Assembly: GCA_964556325.1 (NCBI GenBank)
Contig: CAZKVS010000004.1
Span: 2,439 to 66,438 of the forward strand
DNA length: 64,000 nt
Source of the DNA: an uncultured Candidatus Saccharibacteria bacterium
Lineage (GTDB): Bacteria > Patescibacteriota > Doudnabacteria > UBA920
Direction: 5' to 3'
The translations under genes were made by a program, and so were the position numbers. The notes beneath the pieces are model-generated. The model was not told the DNA's origin. It saw only the letters and a program-made list of their open reading frames with translations, and did no database searches. Below, in pieces: positions 19,871-28,214 of the stretch (position 1 is the first letter of the stretch; every line of letters starts with the position of its first letter).

Positions 19871-20500
19871 TCAACGGTTATAAAAAGTCCTTCTGTGCAC
19901 CGGACTAAGACCCAACCGTTTGATTTGAGCAAAGTGAAATTTCGTTCCATACCCCTTGTGTTGCGCGAATCCATAGCCAGAAAATTTTTCATCGAGTCGT
20001 GTCATCAACTCATCACGGTAGACCTTCGCAAGTATGGAAGCCGCGGCGATACAAAACACCGAGCCGTCTCCCCGAATGACTGACTCTTGCGTACCAAGGT
20101 AATGCGGTAATAAAAAATTTCCATCAATCAACAAAAAAGTTTTTTCTGAGCCAACTCCAAGTTGCATGTGAATCTTCTGCGCGGCTAACTCAGCAGCACG
20201 CTTTGTTGCTTGTAAAATATTTATCTTATCAATCACCGAGGCATGGACTACTCCCACACTCCAAGCTACCGCTGACTGTTTAATATGGAACGCGAGCTCA
20301 GTTCGAATACGAGCGGACAGTTGCTTGCTGTCATTGACGAGCGTGCTCCATGTAGGCCGATGCCGAAAAAAATTCTCATCAAAGGCCGCCACCCCTGCAA
20401 CTACAGGACCCGCTAAACTACCACGTCCAACTTCATCGCACCCCAACACATATATAATGGGGTCTTTTAAAATTTGCTTTTCACGTTTCGTGGACAACAT
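19871..20500 (-). CDS. rnhB: Ribonuclease HII
   Basis: GCDEVGRGSLAGPV, DSKQL, IDGN, IAAASILAKV, HKGYGT. Confidence 0.95.
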   Translation of the reverse strand: MLSTKREKQILKDPIIYVLGCDEVGRGSLAGPVVAGVAAFDENFFRHRPTWSTLVNDSKQLSARIRTELAFHIKQSAVAWSVGVVHASVIDKINILQATKRAAELAAQKIHMQLGVGSEKTFLLIDGNFLLPHYLGTQESVIRGDGSVFCIAAASILAKVYRDELMTRLDEKFSGYGFAQHKGYGTKFHFAQIKRLGLSPVHRRTFYNR

Positions 20501-20507
20501 GCAAAAT

Positions 20508-20912
20508 TTACTTCACGGTTACACGCATACGCGGGTAACAGGTTATCCCTAGAATCAAAAAATGCGTTGAACTCACTTGCGTGATATGCATCTCAAATTG
20601 TCCCTCAAAAATCATCAAACCGTCCTGGAAAGTTTCAAGCTCACCCTTCATACGATACACCCCATCCTCCACCTCAACTTCCAGTTCATTAAACGCAACC
20701 CGTTTCATGGGGTGTAACAAATAGGTGATGAGCGTCTGCTTACTCAATTCATCCTCTGCCAAATCTACTACTGTTAGACTGTCGTCCAAGCTACTTTGCC
20801 AGAAATCTAGGTTTCCCGTATTTATCGCTTCTGCAAAACTCTCAAACCATCGCCGCAAACTAAACCTGGGTTCGGTTGCCACATCTCTATCAAAATACAT
20901 AGTCAGTTCCAT
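20508..20912 (-). CDS. Hypothetical protein (possibly NTF2-like fold)
   Basis: ORF in operon with rnhB; helix-then-beta pattern. Confidence 0.5.
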   Translation of the reverse strand: MELTMYFDRDVATEPRFSLRRWFESFAEAINTGNLDFWQSSLDDSLTVVDLAEDELSKQTLITYLLHPMKRVAFNELEVEVEDGVYRMKGELETFQDGLMIFEGQFEMHITQVSSTHFLILGITCYPRMRVTVK

Positions 20913-21016
20913 GCACCTATTTTATATGAAACAAGACAAAAAAAATAGAAGCAGGTGACGAACCTGCTTCTATATAGAAGACTTACCGAGAAACACGGAC
21001 ATTCAATGCATTCAGC

Positions 21017-21841
21017 TCACACAATGATGATTGCATGATAGAGCGGATTGAGCCTTTGATCTGCTCCAAGTAAGCGAAAGGTAGCCTTGCGCCCCGTGAA
21101 GCGTTCTGCAAGTTCAACCCACTTGGCTACAGATTTAAAGTTGAGCGGAACATTCACACGGTCCGTACCCAATGCCGTGAAGACGTTATTATAAAACCAG
21201 TCCACTACGGTTGTCACGTGGCGGTGCAGCTCATGCTCCGTCCCAACCCCTGTCACTGACTCAAGAATGACTACGCGCCGCTTGGCCACGCGACAACACT
21301 CTTCGAGCAACAACTCGGGGTTATCGCTATGGTGTAGCACCGTACACAATGTCACCACATCGTAGGCATGCCGCGCAGCATGAAGATAATCGTTCTCCAC
21401 GAACAAGAATGGGAGCTGTCTAGCCACGGTATCCGTCCGCCAATCTATCGAGTCTGCCAAACCAACTTGGTAACCAGACTCGACCAGCACTCGACCGAAA
21501 TCACCACTACCACAACCCACGTCCACAACAGAACAACCAGGGTGCAAGTAAGGTTTTAATTGTTTGAACATTAATCTGCAACGTTCGTCCAAGCGCTGTG
21601 GCCAATGCTCGTAGACCCCTAAGCCGCGTAGCTTTGCAATGAGCCCTCGCTCCCAACTTAATAAGTCAATCACGCGCACCTCACACAGCTCGGTACTAAA
21701 AAAATGATCAGCCTGGCCGTACGGAACATGCAAAGCTCCGAGCATTCCAACAATGAGATGTCTCAAACAGTTAACGGCATCAAAGTCGTTTAGGGCGACC
21801 TCTAAGGCTAACCGCAATCTCTCAATCTTTTCTGCCGACAT
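21017..21841 (-). CDS. Class I SAM-dependent methyltransferase
   Basis: VVDVGCGSG, YDVVTLCTVLHH, LLEECCRV; GGAGG RBS before MSAEK. Confidence 0.82.
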   Translation of the reverse strand: MSAEKIERLRLALEVALNDFDAVNCLRHLIVGMLGALHVPYGQADHFFSTELCEVRVIDLLSWERGLIAKLRGLGVYEHWPQRLDERCRLMFKQLKPYLHPGCSVVDVGCGSGDFGRVLVESGYQVGLADSIDWRTDTVARQLPFLFVENDYLHAARHAYDVVTLCTVLHHSDNPELLLEECCRVAKRRVVILESVTGVGTEHELHRHVTTVVDWFYNNVFTALGTDRVNVPLNFKSVAKWVELAERFTGRKATFRLLGADQRLNPLYHAIIIV

Positions 21842-22011
21842 AATTCCTCCTTGCCAAAACAGTGGTATACAACCGTTATACAATAAGTCATCACATTTTT
21901 ATGACATACCATACAACAAAGCATCATACCATGTTCAATATATATTGTCAATACATATTGATGACAGATACAGATTTAAGCTCCAAAAAGCTACCGTGGT
22001 ATACTAATTTT

Positions 22012-22779
22012 ATGAATCTGCAGGAGAACTTAACTGATTTGGGTCTATCTAAAAACGAAGCGCAAGTATACCTTGCGCTTCTAGGGCTTGGACTCACCCA
22101 AGCTGGACCTATTATAAAAAGAGTAAAGTTGCACCGCATGTTGGTGTACAACGCCCTACAGTCTTTAATAGATAAAGGGTTGGCATCAGAAGTTAAAAAA
22201 AAGAACGTTAAGCTATTTCAACCAGGCGATCCCTCGGTCTTACTCGAACGGACTGAGCAGCTCCGCAATGTGGCCAAGAGCGTTTTGCCAGACTTAAAAA
22301 AACTCCAACAAAGTAAATCGAACGTAGTAAACGTCCGCACATTAATCGGCCACGAAGGCTTGGTTACTAATTTAGAACAAATTATAGAATCGGCGACTCG
22401 TCAAAAAGACCGGACTATGCGCATTATGGGGGGCGCACGAGACACAGACGCATATGAGGCATTTGGAACATGGTACCCTGAGTATGTACATTTACTCCAA
22501 GAGAAAGACGTTAAAAAAATAATGCTTTCCCCCGAACCATACTCTAGCACTTTCCGTAAACGGTACTTATCCGAGGGAAACACGGAAATGAAAACCCTAA
22601 AACAAGGACTTTCCTCCCCCACTTACACCCGCATAACCGAAGAGATGGTGTCAATAGAAATGTATCAGCCACAAATAGTCACTATCCAAATACTTAATAA
22701 GGTAATAGCTAGATCCTATCTCGATGCATTTGATTTGCTCTGGAAATCTGCCGGACCAAGTGAAAAAGGAACAAATTAA
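22012..22779 (+). CDS. TrmB-family HTH transcriptional regulator
   Basis: LTDLGLSKNEAQVYLALL...VYNALQSLIDKGLA; C-terminal FDLLW. Confidence 0.82.
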   Translation: MNLQENLTDLGLSKNEAQVYLALLGLGLTQAGPIIKRVKLHRMLVYNALQSLIDKGLASEVKKKNVKLFQPGDPSVLLERTEQLRNVAKSVLPDLKKLQQSKSNVVNVRTLIGHEGLVTNLEQIIESATRQKDRTMRIMGGARDTDAYEAFGTWYPEYVHLLQEKDVKKIMLSPEPYSSTFRKRYLSEGNTEMKTLKQGLSSPTYTRITEEMVSIEMYQPQIVTIQILNKVIARSYLDAFDLLWKSAGPSEKGTN

Positions 22780-22804
22780 AAATCCCCACAGGGGATTTTT
22801 AATT

Positions 22805-22878
22805 TGGTCGGGACGCCGGGAATTGAACCCGGTCTACACGAACCCGAATCGTGCGTACGACCGGCATACTCCGTCCCG
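22805..22878 (-). tRNA. tRNA-Pro(CGG)
   Basis: Anticodon arm CACGA-TTCGGGT-TCGTG; CCA. Confidence 0.88.
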
Positions 22879-22969
22879 ATAATTCAGAACTCGTCTATTG
22901 TAGCAAAGTTAATAATACATCCGCTAGGGCCATATTTATAACACCTCGGATAATTACCACCATTGAGAG

Positions 22970-23160
22970 TTCCAACATGCAAAGCGCCACAGGGGCGTTT
23001 TTATATTGGTGGACCTCAGGGGATTTGGTCATCCACGGCTATTCTCGTATTCCTTCGGTCGATTCGAATGACGCCTAACGCCACCCCGCCACTATTTCAT
23101 CCTGCAAGTATTCGGATGAAATTCCCGTGGTACGGGACCGTTCTTTTCGAATCCCCTTCC
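22970..23160 (-). mobile_element. tRNA-3'-associated element, copy A, with duplicated tRNA-Ala 3' end and hairpin
   Basis: Core shared with 26163-26282 and 32586-32713; ~55-bp direct repeat 22970-23025 / 23168-23222. Confidence 0.7.
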
Positions 23161-23203
23161 GTTTCTCTTCCAACATAAAAACGCCACAGGGGCGTTTTTA
23201 TGT

Positions 23204-23279
23204 TGGTGGACCTCAGGGGATTCGAACCCCTCACCTCTTCCATGCCATGGAAGCGCTCTACCAAATGAGCTAGAGGCCC
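23204..23279 (-). tRNA. tRNA-Ala(GGC)
   Basis: Anticodon arm CTTCC-ATGGCAT-GGAAG; G3:U70; CCA. Confidence 0.93.
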
Positions 23280-23324
23280 AATTGCCGCATTATTGTAATG
23301 GAAAACCACTTATGCAGTCAATGC

Positions 23325-23606
23325 TTATTTGGCCGGATTTTGTGTTTTAAGTACCTGAGTCTTTTGCTGCTGAGTTTGTTGCAGCAGCTGACGCCAGCTG
23401 TCTGCTTCTCTTTGAAATGCCGGAATAATACCAATTATATTCAATAACCACCCGACCAACACTACGGCGATGGCTACGCCAACTACAGAACCCAAGCCAC
23501 TCATTGCGCCGTGTAATAAAGACCTCCACCAAGGAAGACCCTGTCCGACCTTTATTACATTACCATTCAAAGTCTCGAGATATTGTTTTAATTCTGGATC
23601 TAACAT
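23325..23606 (-). CDS. Small membrane protein (DUF5665-like)
   Basis: WRSLLHGAMSGLGSVVG motif plus TM. Confidence 0.6.
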   Translation of the reverse strand: MLDPELKQYLETLNGNVIKVGQGLPWWRSLLHGAMSGLGSVVGVAIAVVLVGWLLNIIGIIPAFQREADSWRQLLQQTQQQKTQVLKTQNPAK

Positions 23607-23731
23607 TTTTATTTCTTTAGAACTTAGTATTAATATAGTAGCAAATTTATTTCTTTAAAAATGTTAAGCTATGTTTATAAGTACAGCCTGCTTTTTTCTG
23701 CCCTTGCTGGTTGCTATTTCACCCGCACCTT

Positions 23732-23772
23732 TGGTCTCCTCACCAGGAATCGAACCTGGATCTAGACGTTAG
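23732..23772 (-). pseudogene. Isolated 3' half of a tRNA (Arg NCT-like)
   Basis: CTAACGTCTAGATCCAGGTTCGATTCCTGGTGAGGAGACCA; no matching 5' half seen. Confidence 0.65.
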
Positions 23773-23816
23773 TCCCGACTCGGAGTCGGGGTCGTTCCCC
23801 GCCCGCCTGACTCGTC

Positions 23817-23891
23817 TGGTGACCTCGATAGGAATCGAACCTATATCGGCGCGTTAGGAGTGCGCTGCTCTATCCATTGAGCTACAAGGCC
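23817..23891 (-). tRNA. tRNA-Arg(CCT)
   Basis: GGCCTTGTAGCTCAATGGATAGAGC...CTCCTAA loop...GGTTCGATTCC...CCA. Confidence 0.9.
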
Positions 23892-23951
23892 GTCAGGCGA
23901 GTTAGGCGAGTATCAATTTTATCCAAGGGAATCTGCAAAATCCTGTAGCAA

Positions 23952-25373
23952 TTGTATCATACCTGTATGGAAAGGTTTAAAAAAACCGTCTCACAACTAT
24001 ATCCCTGGCTTCTCAAGCCTGAAACTATCAAAAAAGCAACCACTGCCTTTATTTTTTGTTTTATTTTTTGTACGGCGGTGTCGATATATTTCAATATACG
24101 AACCCCACTAAACCAGAACTTCGCCTATTTTCTTGGTGAGAAAAAAGATTTTAGCATAAACTTTCTTTATTTAAGCGATATATTTAGTATTCTTGCTCTA
24201 TCCATCTTGTGTTTACACGTGCACAAATTCAATAAAGAGCCAAACATATATTTACCCAGCTTTTTCCCCACTCTGATTATTATTCTTTCAGTCTTCTCAT
24301 ATTTCTCAAATTTTATAAAGTTAACAATTCCTACCATATCTATATTTTACTTGCTATATATAGCTAAAGGTATTGTTTTACATGAAACGGTAAAACAAAG
24401 CGGAACCAGTATAAAAAACTTTATTCTGCGAGTAATCTGGATATTTGGCTTATTTGAAGCATTTGTATCAATTATTCAATTTTCTTTCCAGTCACCGCTC
24501 GGCATGAGGTTGTTAGGAGAACCAACTTTTGGCCCATATCTGTGGCAAATAGCTAAAGTTGAGGCTCTGGGACAAATATTTGCCCGCCCGTATGGCACAT
24601 TTTCTCACCCCAACATCTTGTCCGCTTTCTTGGTGCTTACTTTGATAATAGGTTTCTACTATTATTACTCCCAAGCTGCTCAAACAAAAAAAGCCTGGGC
24701 TCATCTAATCTTAGTTCAAATAACGGTTATTGGCTTATTTCTAAGCTTTTCTCGAGCGGCGTGGCTAGCGGCAGCTCTTGCCACAGGCTTTTTTCATGTT
24801 TTCACATGGAACATATTAAAATCGCAAAAGCGAGTTCAGCTTTTTCGGATTTTCATTGTAAGCGCCGCCTTGGGTTGTATACTATTGGCAATATACCAGC
24901 CTTTTGTAGGACAACGAGGAAATGTTTTCGATAAGGCCTACCAGGAGAGAATAAGCTATAACCGGGCTGCAGTATCAATGATTAGCAAAAATCCCATATT
25001 TGGTCTTGGCCCAGGCGAATCCGTGCTTCACATGGAACAGTTTTTAACACCAAACTCAAAACCGTGGGAGGTACAGCCAATACACAATTACTATTTACTA
25101 TTGGCTGCAGAAATTGGGTTGCCGGCAGCTTTGTTGTTCTCGCTCTACCTTGGCTTCACCCTTAAACGGCTAGTTTTTCATCAAGGCAAGCTTACAGATA
25201 AAAACACGCTTACACATGCTCTGCTTTTATCTGGCTTGGCCGGATGCGCCATTCTTATGTTTTTTGATCATTATTTCTATACAATCCAAGCCTCAACGCT
25301 CTTATTTTGGATTTGGTTAGGCTTATCTGCCTCAACAACAGAATACCCAGCTAATAAAACAAGGACTACCTAG
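23952..25373 (+). CDS. O-antigen ligase (Wzy_C)-family membrane protein
   Basis: RPYGTFSHPN, LSFSRAAW, PIFGLGPG, HNYYLLLAAEIG. Confidence 0.85.
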   Translation: MYHTCMERFKKTVSQLYPWLLKPETIKKATTAFIFCFIFCTAVSIYFNIRTPLNQNFAYFLGEKKDFSINFLYLSDIFSILALSILCLHVHKFNKEPNIYLPSFFPTLIIILSVFSYFSNFIKLTIPTISIFYLLYIAKGIVLHETVKQSGTSIKNFILRVIWIFGLFEAFVSIIQFSFQSPLGMRLLGEPTFGPYLWQIAKVEALGQIFARPYGTFSHPNILSAFLVLTLIIGFYYYYSQAAQTKKAWAHLILVQITVIGLFLSFSRAAWLAAALATGFFHVFTWNILKSQKRVQLFRIFIVSAALGCILLAIYQPFVGQRGNVFDKAYQERISYNRAAVSMISKNPIFGLGPGESVLHMEQFLTPNSKPWEVQPIHNYYLLLAAEIGLPAALLFSLYLGFTLKRLVFHQGKLTDKNTLTHALLLSGLAGCAILMFFDHYFYTIQASTLLFWIWLGLSASTTEYPANKTRTT

Positions 25374-25843
25374 TCCTTGTGATACTCTTTGCCTTCCATA
25401 ATTGTACAGGCACGATATATTTGTTCTTCTAGTAGCACCCTCGCGAAATTGTGCGTAAAAGTGAGGGGGCTCAATGAAACAAGATGATTCGCAGCCTGTC
25501 TGAGGCTTTTATCAATCCCAGCCCCGCTGCCAATAACGCATACAATTTCTCTGTTTATAGAGATGAGCCTACTTAGGAATTGAGAAAAATCAACTGAGCC
25601 TCTTGTAACACCCTTCTCGTCTAGGACAATAATAATTGCATCCTTGGGTATGCGCCTCAAAACCGTTTCCGCTTCTTCTGCCCGCGCCCGCTCTATGTCT
25701 CCAGTTGTTTTATATGAAACTTCTTTTAGCTCTTCTATGGTTATTTTGGCGTAGAGGCGAAGTCTTTTTAAATACTCTTTTTCTAAATCAATAAAAGCTT
25801 TCTCTTTAAACTTTCCCAGACAAATAATTTTTAGCTTAAACAT
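25370..25843 (-). CDS. rlmH: 23S rRNA m3Psi1915 methyltransferase
   Basis: LDEKG, IGSGAG, SLSPLTFTHNFARVLLEEQIYRA...YHK. Confidence 0.92.
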   Translation of the reverse strand: MFKLKIICLGKFKEKAFIDLEKEYLKRLRLYAKITIEELKEVSYKTTGDIERARAEEAETVLRRIPKDAIIIVLDEKGVTRGSVDFSQFLSRLISINREIVCVIGSGAGIDKSLRQAANHLVSLSPLTFTHNFARVLLEEQIYRACTIMEGKEYHKD

Positions 25844-26026
25844 ATGTAAATTGTATATTTAGTTTATTTTCTCCTCCTTTAGTATAGTTGGTCGTTTCAC
25901 ATAAAACAAAAAGTTGTGGGGTTTACTAAAACAGACCATGTCCGTTACAATATTAACGTACTTACTCCTAAAATAATCGTCAATACGACTGGCTTGCCCT
26001 ACGAATCCGCCAGCTGGCGAGTAATA

Positions 26027-26100
26027 GGGCCCGTAGTAAAGTGGTATTACACGGCATTCGCATTGCTGAGGCGGGGGTTCGATTCCCCCCGGGTCCACCA
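26027..26100 (+). tRNA. tRNA-Ala(CGC)
   Basis: Anticodon arm CGGCA-TTCGCAT-TGCTG; G3:U70; CCA. Confidence 0.9.
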
Positions 26101-26148
26101 ACAAAAATTCTCACTGCTTAGTGAGAATTTTTGTTGGTCGGATAAAAG

Positions 26149-26345
26149 CGGGGGGAATCGAAAAGAACGGTCCCGTACCACGGGAATTTCATCCGAACAC
26201 TTGCAGGATGAAATAGTGGCGGGGTCGCGTTAGGTGAGGCTTGATGCGACTGCAAGGAGTAGAAAGTCCACCGTGGGTGACCGATTCTTTAAATTGAAAT
26301 CCACCAAATTAAAAACATCTCACCAATCAGTGAGATGTTTTTAAT
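26149..26345 (+). mobile_element. tRNA-3'-associated element, copy B
   Basis: 14-nt antisense to the host tRNA, conserved core, GATTC...TCCACCA remnant and a second hairpin. Confidence 0.7.
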
Positions 26346-26358
26346 ACTGCAGAATATC

Positions 26359-26583
26359 CTACCAATGAAACAGTCGAGCAAACATACGTTCTAAGTAATG
26401 CTGTTGTTCGTTAGTATAATAGACAGCTAACAAGCCAACTAAATACACTACATTCAAAATAATTACTCGTATGAGGTCTTTGCTTATTACGTTATATTCC
26501 GAATCCCATGCGGGATTTGAGGATAAGGCTGTGCTGGAGACGTTTGCTTTACGATTTTTCTTAGACATAAGTATTCCTTTCAA
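26359..26583 (-). CDS. Small membrane protein
   Basis: EYNVISKDLIRVIILN plus one TM; AAGGA RBS before MSKK. Confidence 0.6.
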   Translation of the reverse strand: MKGILMSKKNRKANVSSTALSSNPAWDSEYNVISKDLIRVIILNVVYLVGLLAVYYTNEQQHYLERMFARLFHW

Positions 26584-26706
26584 CCACTAATACCATATCA
26601 AATCGCCCATTTGAACGCAAGGCCACAAAATGATACAATAGCGCCACAAGGGCAAAAGAAATAACTATACATTGAATGCCATTTTTGGCTTAAGAAAGCG
26701 GAAATT

Positions 26707-27096
26707 ATGGAAAAAATAAATGATTCAGATGCAGCAAATGCCGAAACCGTTGTTGGTCCCTCAGTTAAAATCCAGGGGGATTTAAATTCCGAAGGCAACA
26801 TCCGCATCGAAGGCCAAGTAAACGGTAAAGTAAAAACTACCCAAAACGTACATGTTGGCAAATCCGCAAAAATTACGGCGGACATCCTCGCCGGAAATTC
26901 AACCATTGCAGGAGAAGTGTTGGGCAACATTAAAGTATCTGGAAGTCTTATTTTACAATCAACCGCAAAGGTCACGGGCGATATCTCGTGTGGGGTACTT
27001 CGAGTGGAGGATGGGGCTCTATTTACAGGTAAATGCAGCATGGGCACTACAACCGACAAGGCTAAACACACACCAGAACCTGAACCAGAAAACTAA
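26707..27096 (+). CDS. Bactofilin (polymer-forming cytoskeletal protein)
   Basis: TVVGPSVKIQGDL...IRIEGQVNG...AKVTGDI...VEDGALFTGKCSM. Confidence 0.9.
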   Translation: MEKINDSDAANAETVVGPSVKIQGDLNSEGNIRIEGQVNGKVKTTQNVHVGKSAKITADILAGNSTIAGEVLGNIKVSGSLILQSTAKVTGDISCGVLRVEDGALFTGKCSMGTTTDKAKHTPEPEPEN

Positions 27097-27102
27097 ACGA
27101 AG

Positions 27103-27189
27103 CCAATTCCTAATTTCTAATTCCTAATTTCTAATTGATATCCAGTGGTGGACTGTCATTAGATATTAAAAATTAGTCATTAGGAATTT
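27103..27189. repeat. Heptamer tandem repeats with an inverted partner arm
   Basis: (AATTCCT/AATTTCT)n...(ATTAGAT/ATTAGGA)n. Confidence 0.7.
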
Positions 27190-27194
27190 TCCTT

Positions 27195-28040
27195 ATGTAC
27201 TACTACATCCTTGATCCAGGGAAAATGTCACTGCCAAAATTTGAACAAGTGCAAGTGGAGCTTCAAGGACTCTTGCATGAATTTAATATATCTGGAGAAT
27301 TTGCGCGCATTACCACCCTACGAACTATTGCCGACTTAGTAGATGTAGCTGCAACCCGTGGTGCGACCACTGTTGTGGTTTGCGGCAATGACGATACATT
27401 AAATCAAGTACTTGCAGCTGTAGGCCAAAGAGATTTTTTGGTGGGCTTTATTCCGCTTGACCCAGCCAATTCTTACTTAGCAACAATTTTAGGGCTTCCT
27501 GATTTAATTACATCGGTAAAGACAGTTGCGGCAAGAAGAATAGTTACGATTGATACTGCCACTATTAATCAATTATCTTTTATCAGCTTTGTAGAGTTTG
27601 GGGTCACAAGCAACAACTTTAGCCAAGTAGGACCGTGGAAAACTTTTCGCCTGCTTTCAAAATCCCCCACGAAGTGGACATTGAAGATTGACAACTCGTA
27701 CACGCTGAGCATCCAGGGCTTAGGTGGGCTGGTTATAAACAGCCGAAGCACCTCCTCAAAGCAAGAAAAGCTTGCCAATCCGACCGATGGTTTTTTGGAT
27801 GTACTGGTCATGGAAGAAATTAGCAAAGTAGATATATTTAAATACAAAGAACTCATTGCCCAAGGGCGACTCGAAGAGCTGCCGAATCCAACAATAATAA
27901 AATGTAAAACTGTTGAGCTTGTAGAACCGCGGGGTTCCACAGTGACTATGTTTGGCAGACCCGTAGCAAAATTTCCGGCAATCATATCCATGACTGGCAA
28001 AAAACAACGAATGATAGTAGGAAAACAAAGAACCTTTTAA
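27195..28040 (+). CDS. Diacylglycerol-kinase (YegS-like) family protein
   Basis: VVVCGNDDTLNQV, GFIPL, N-x-LA, NPTDGFLDV. Confidence 0.75.
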   Translation: MYYYILDPGKMSLPKFEQVQVELQGLLHEFNISGEFARITTLRTIADLVDVAATRGATTVVVCGNDDTLNQVLAAVGQRDFLVGFIPLDPANSYLATILGLPDLITSVKTVAARRIVTIDTATINQLSFISFVEFGVTSNNFSQVGPWKTFRLLSKSPTKWTLKIDNSYTLSIQGLGGLVINSRSTSSKQEKLANPTDGFLDVLVMEEISKVDIFKYKELIAQGRLEELPNPTIIKCKTVELVEPRGSTVTMFGRPVAKFPAIISMTGKKQRMIVGKQRTF

Positions 28041-28041
28041 A

Positions 28042-28140
28042 GGCAGAAGTTAGAATTATGAATTATGAATCCTCAACTCCTTCCTACGGAAGGAGTTGAG
28101 TCATTTAATTCTGCATTCTACATTCTGACTTCTGCATTCT
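28042..28140. repeat. Heptamer inverted repeat arms around a central palindrome
   Basis: GCAGAAG/TTAGAAT/TATGAAT...ATTCTGC/ATTCTAC/ACTTCTGC; central CTCAACTCCTTCC-TAC-GGAAGGAGTTGAG. Confidence 0.7.
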
Positions 28141-28214
28141 CGTGGGGTTGCCAAGCAAAGGATAAATCAGTACAATGAGATGTATATCTATTAGAAATTT
28201 GGCCCTATTTTCAC

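Noticed and set aside
19448-19908. ORFs overlapping tRNA-Ser (similarly 22851-23309, 25859-26233, 31829-32622, 34573-34800)
   Set aside because: Shadow translations of tRNA genes and GC-rich hairpins
19871-21883. Alternative genetic code (UGA=Gly as in Gracilibacteria/Absconditabacteria)
   Set aside because: rnhB ends at TGA at its expected length, and conserved genes are uninterrupted under code 11
26220-26240. Integron attC sites (GCGTTAGG/GCGTTAGA in the tRNA-3' elements)
   Set aside because: No complementary RYYYAAC box upstream, no cassette ORFs and no integrase; the motif lies in an internal loop of a different stem
26149-26290. Known small ribozyme (hammerhead, HDV/theta) behind tRNAs
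   Set aside because: No CUGANGA/GAAA core or nested double pseudoknot recognisable by eye, and the element is separated from the tRNA by a hairpin; an Rfam scan is needed to exclude this fully
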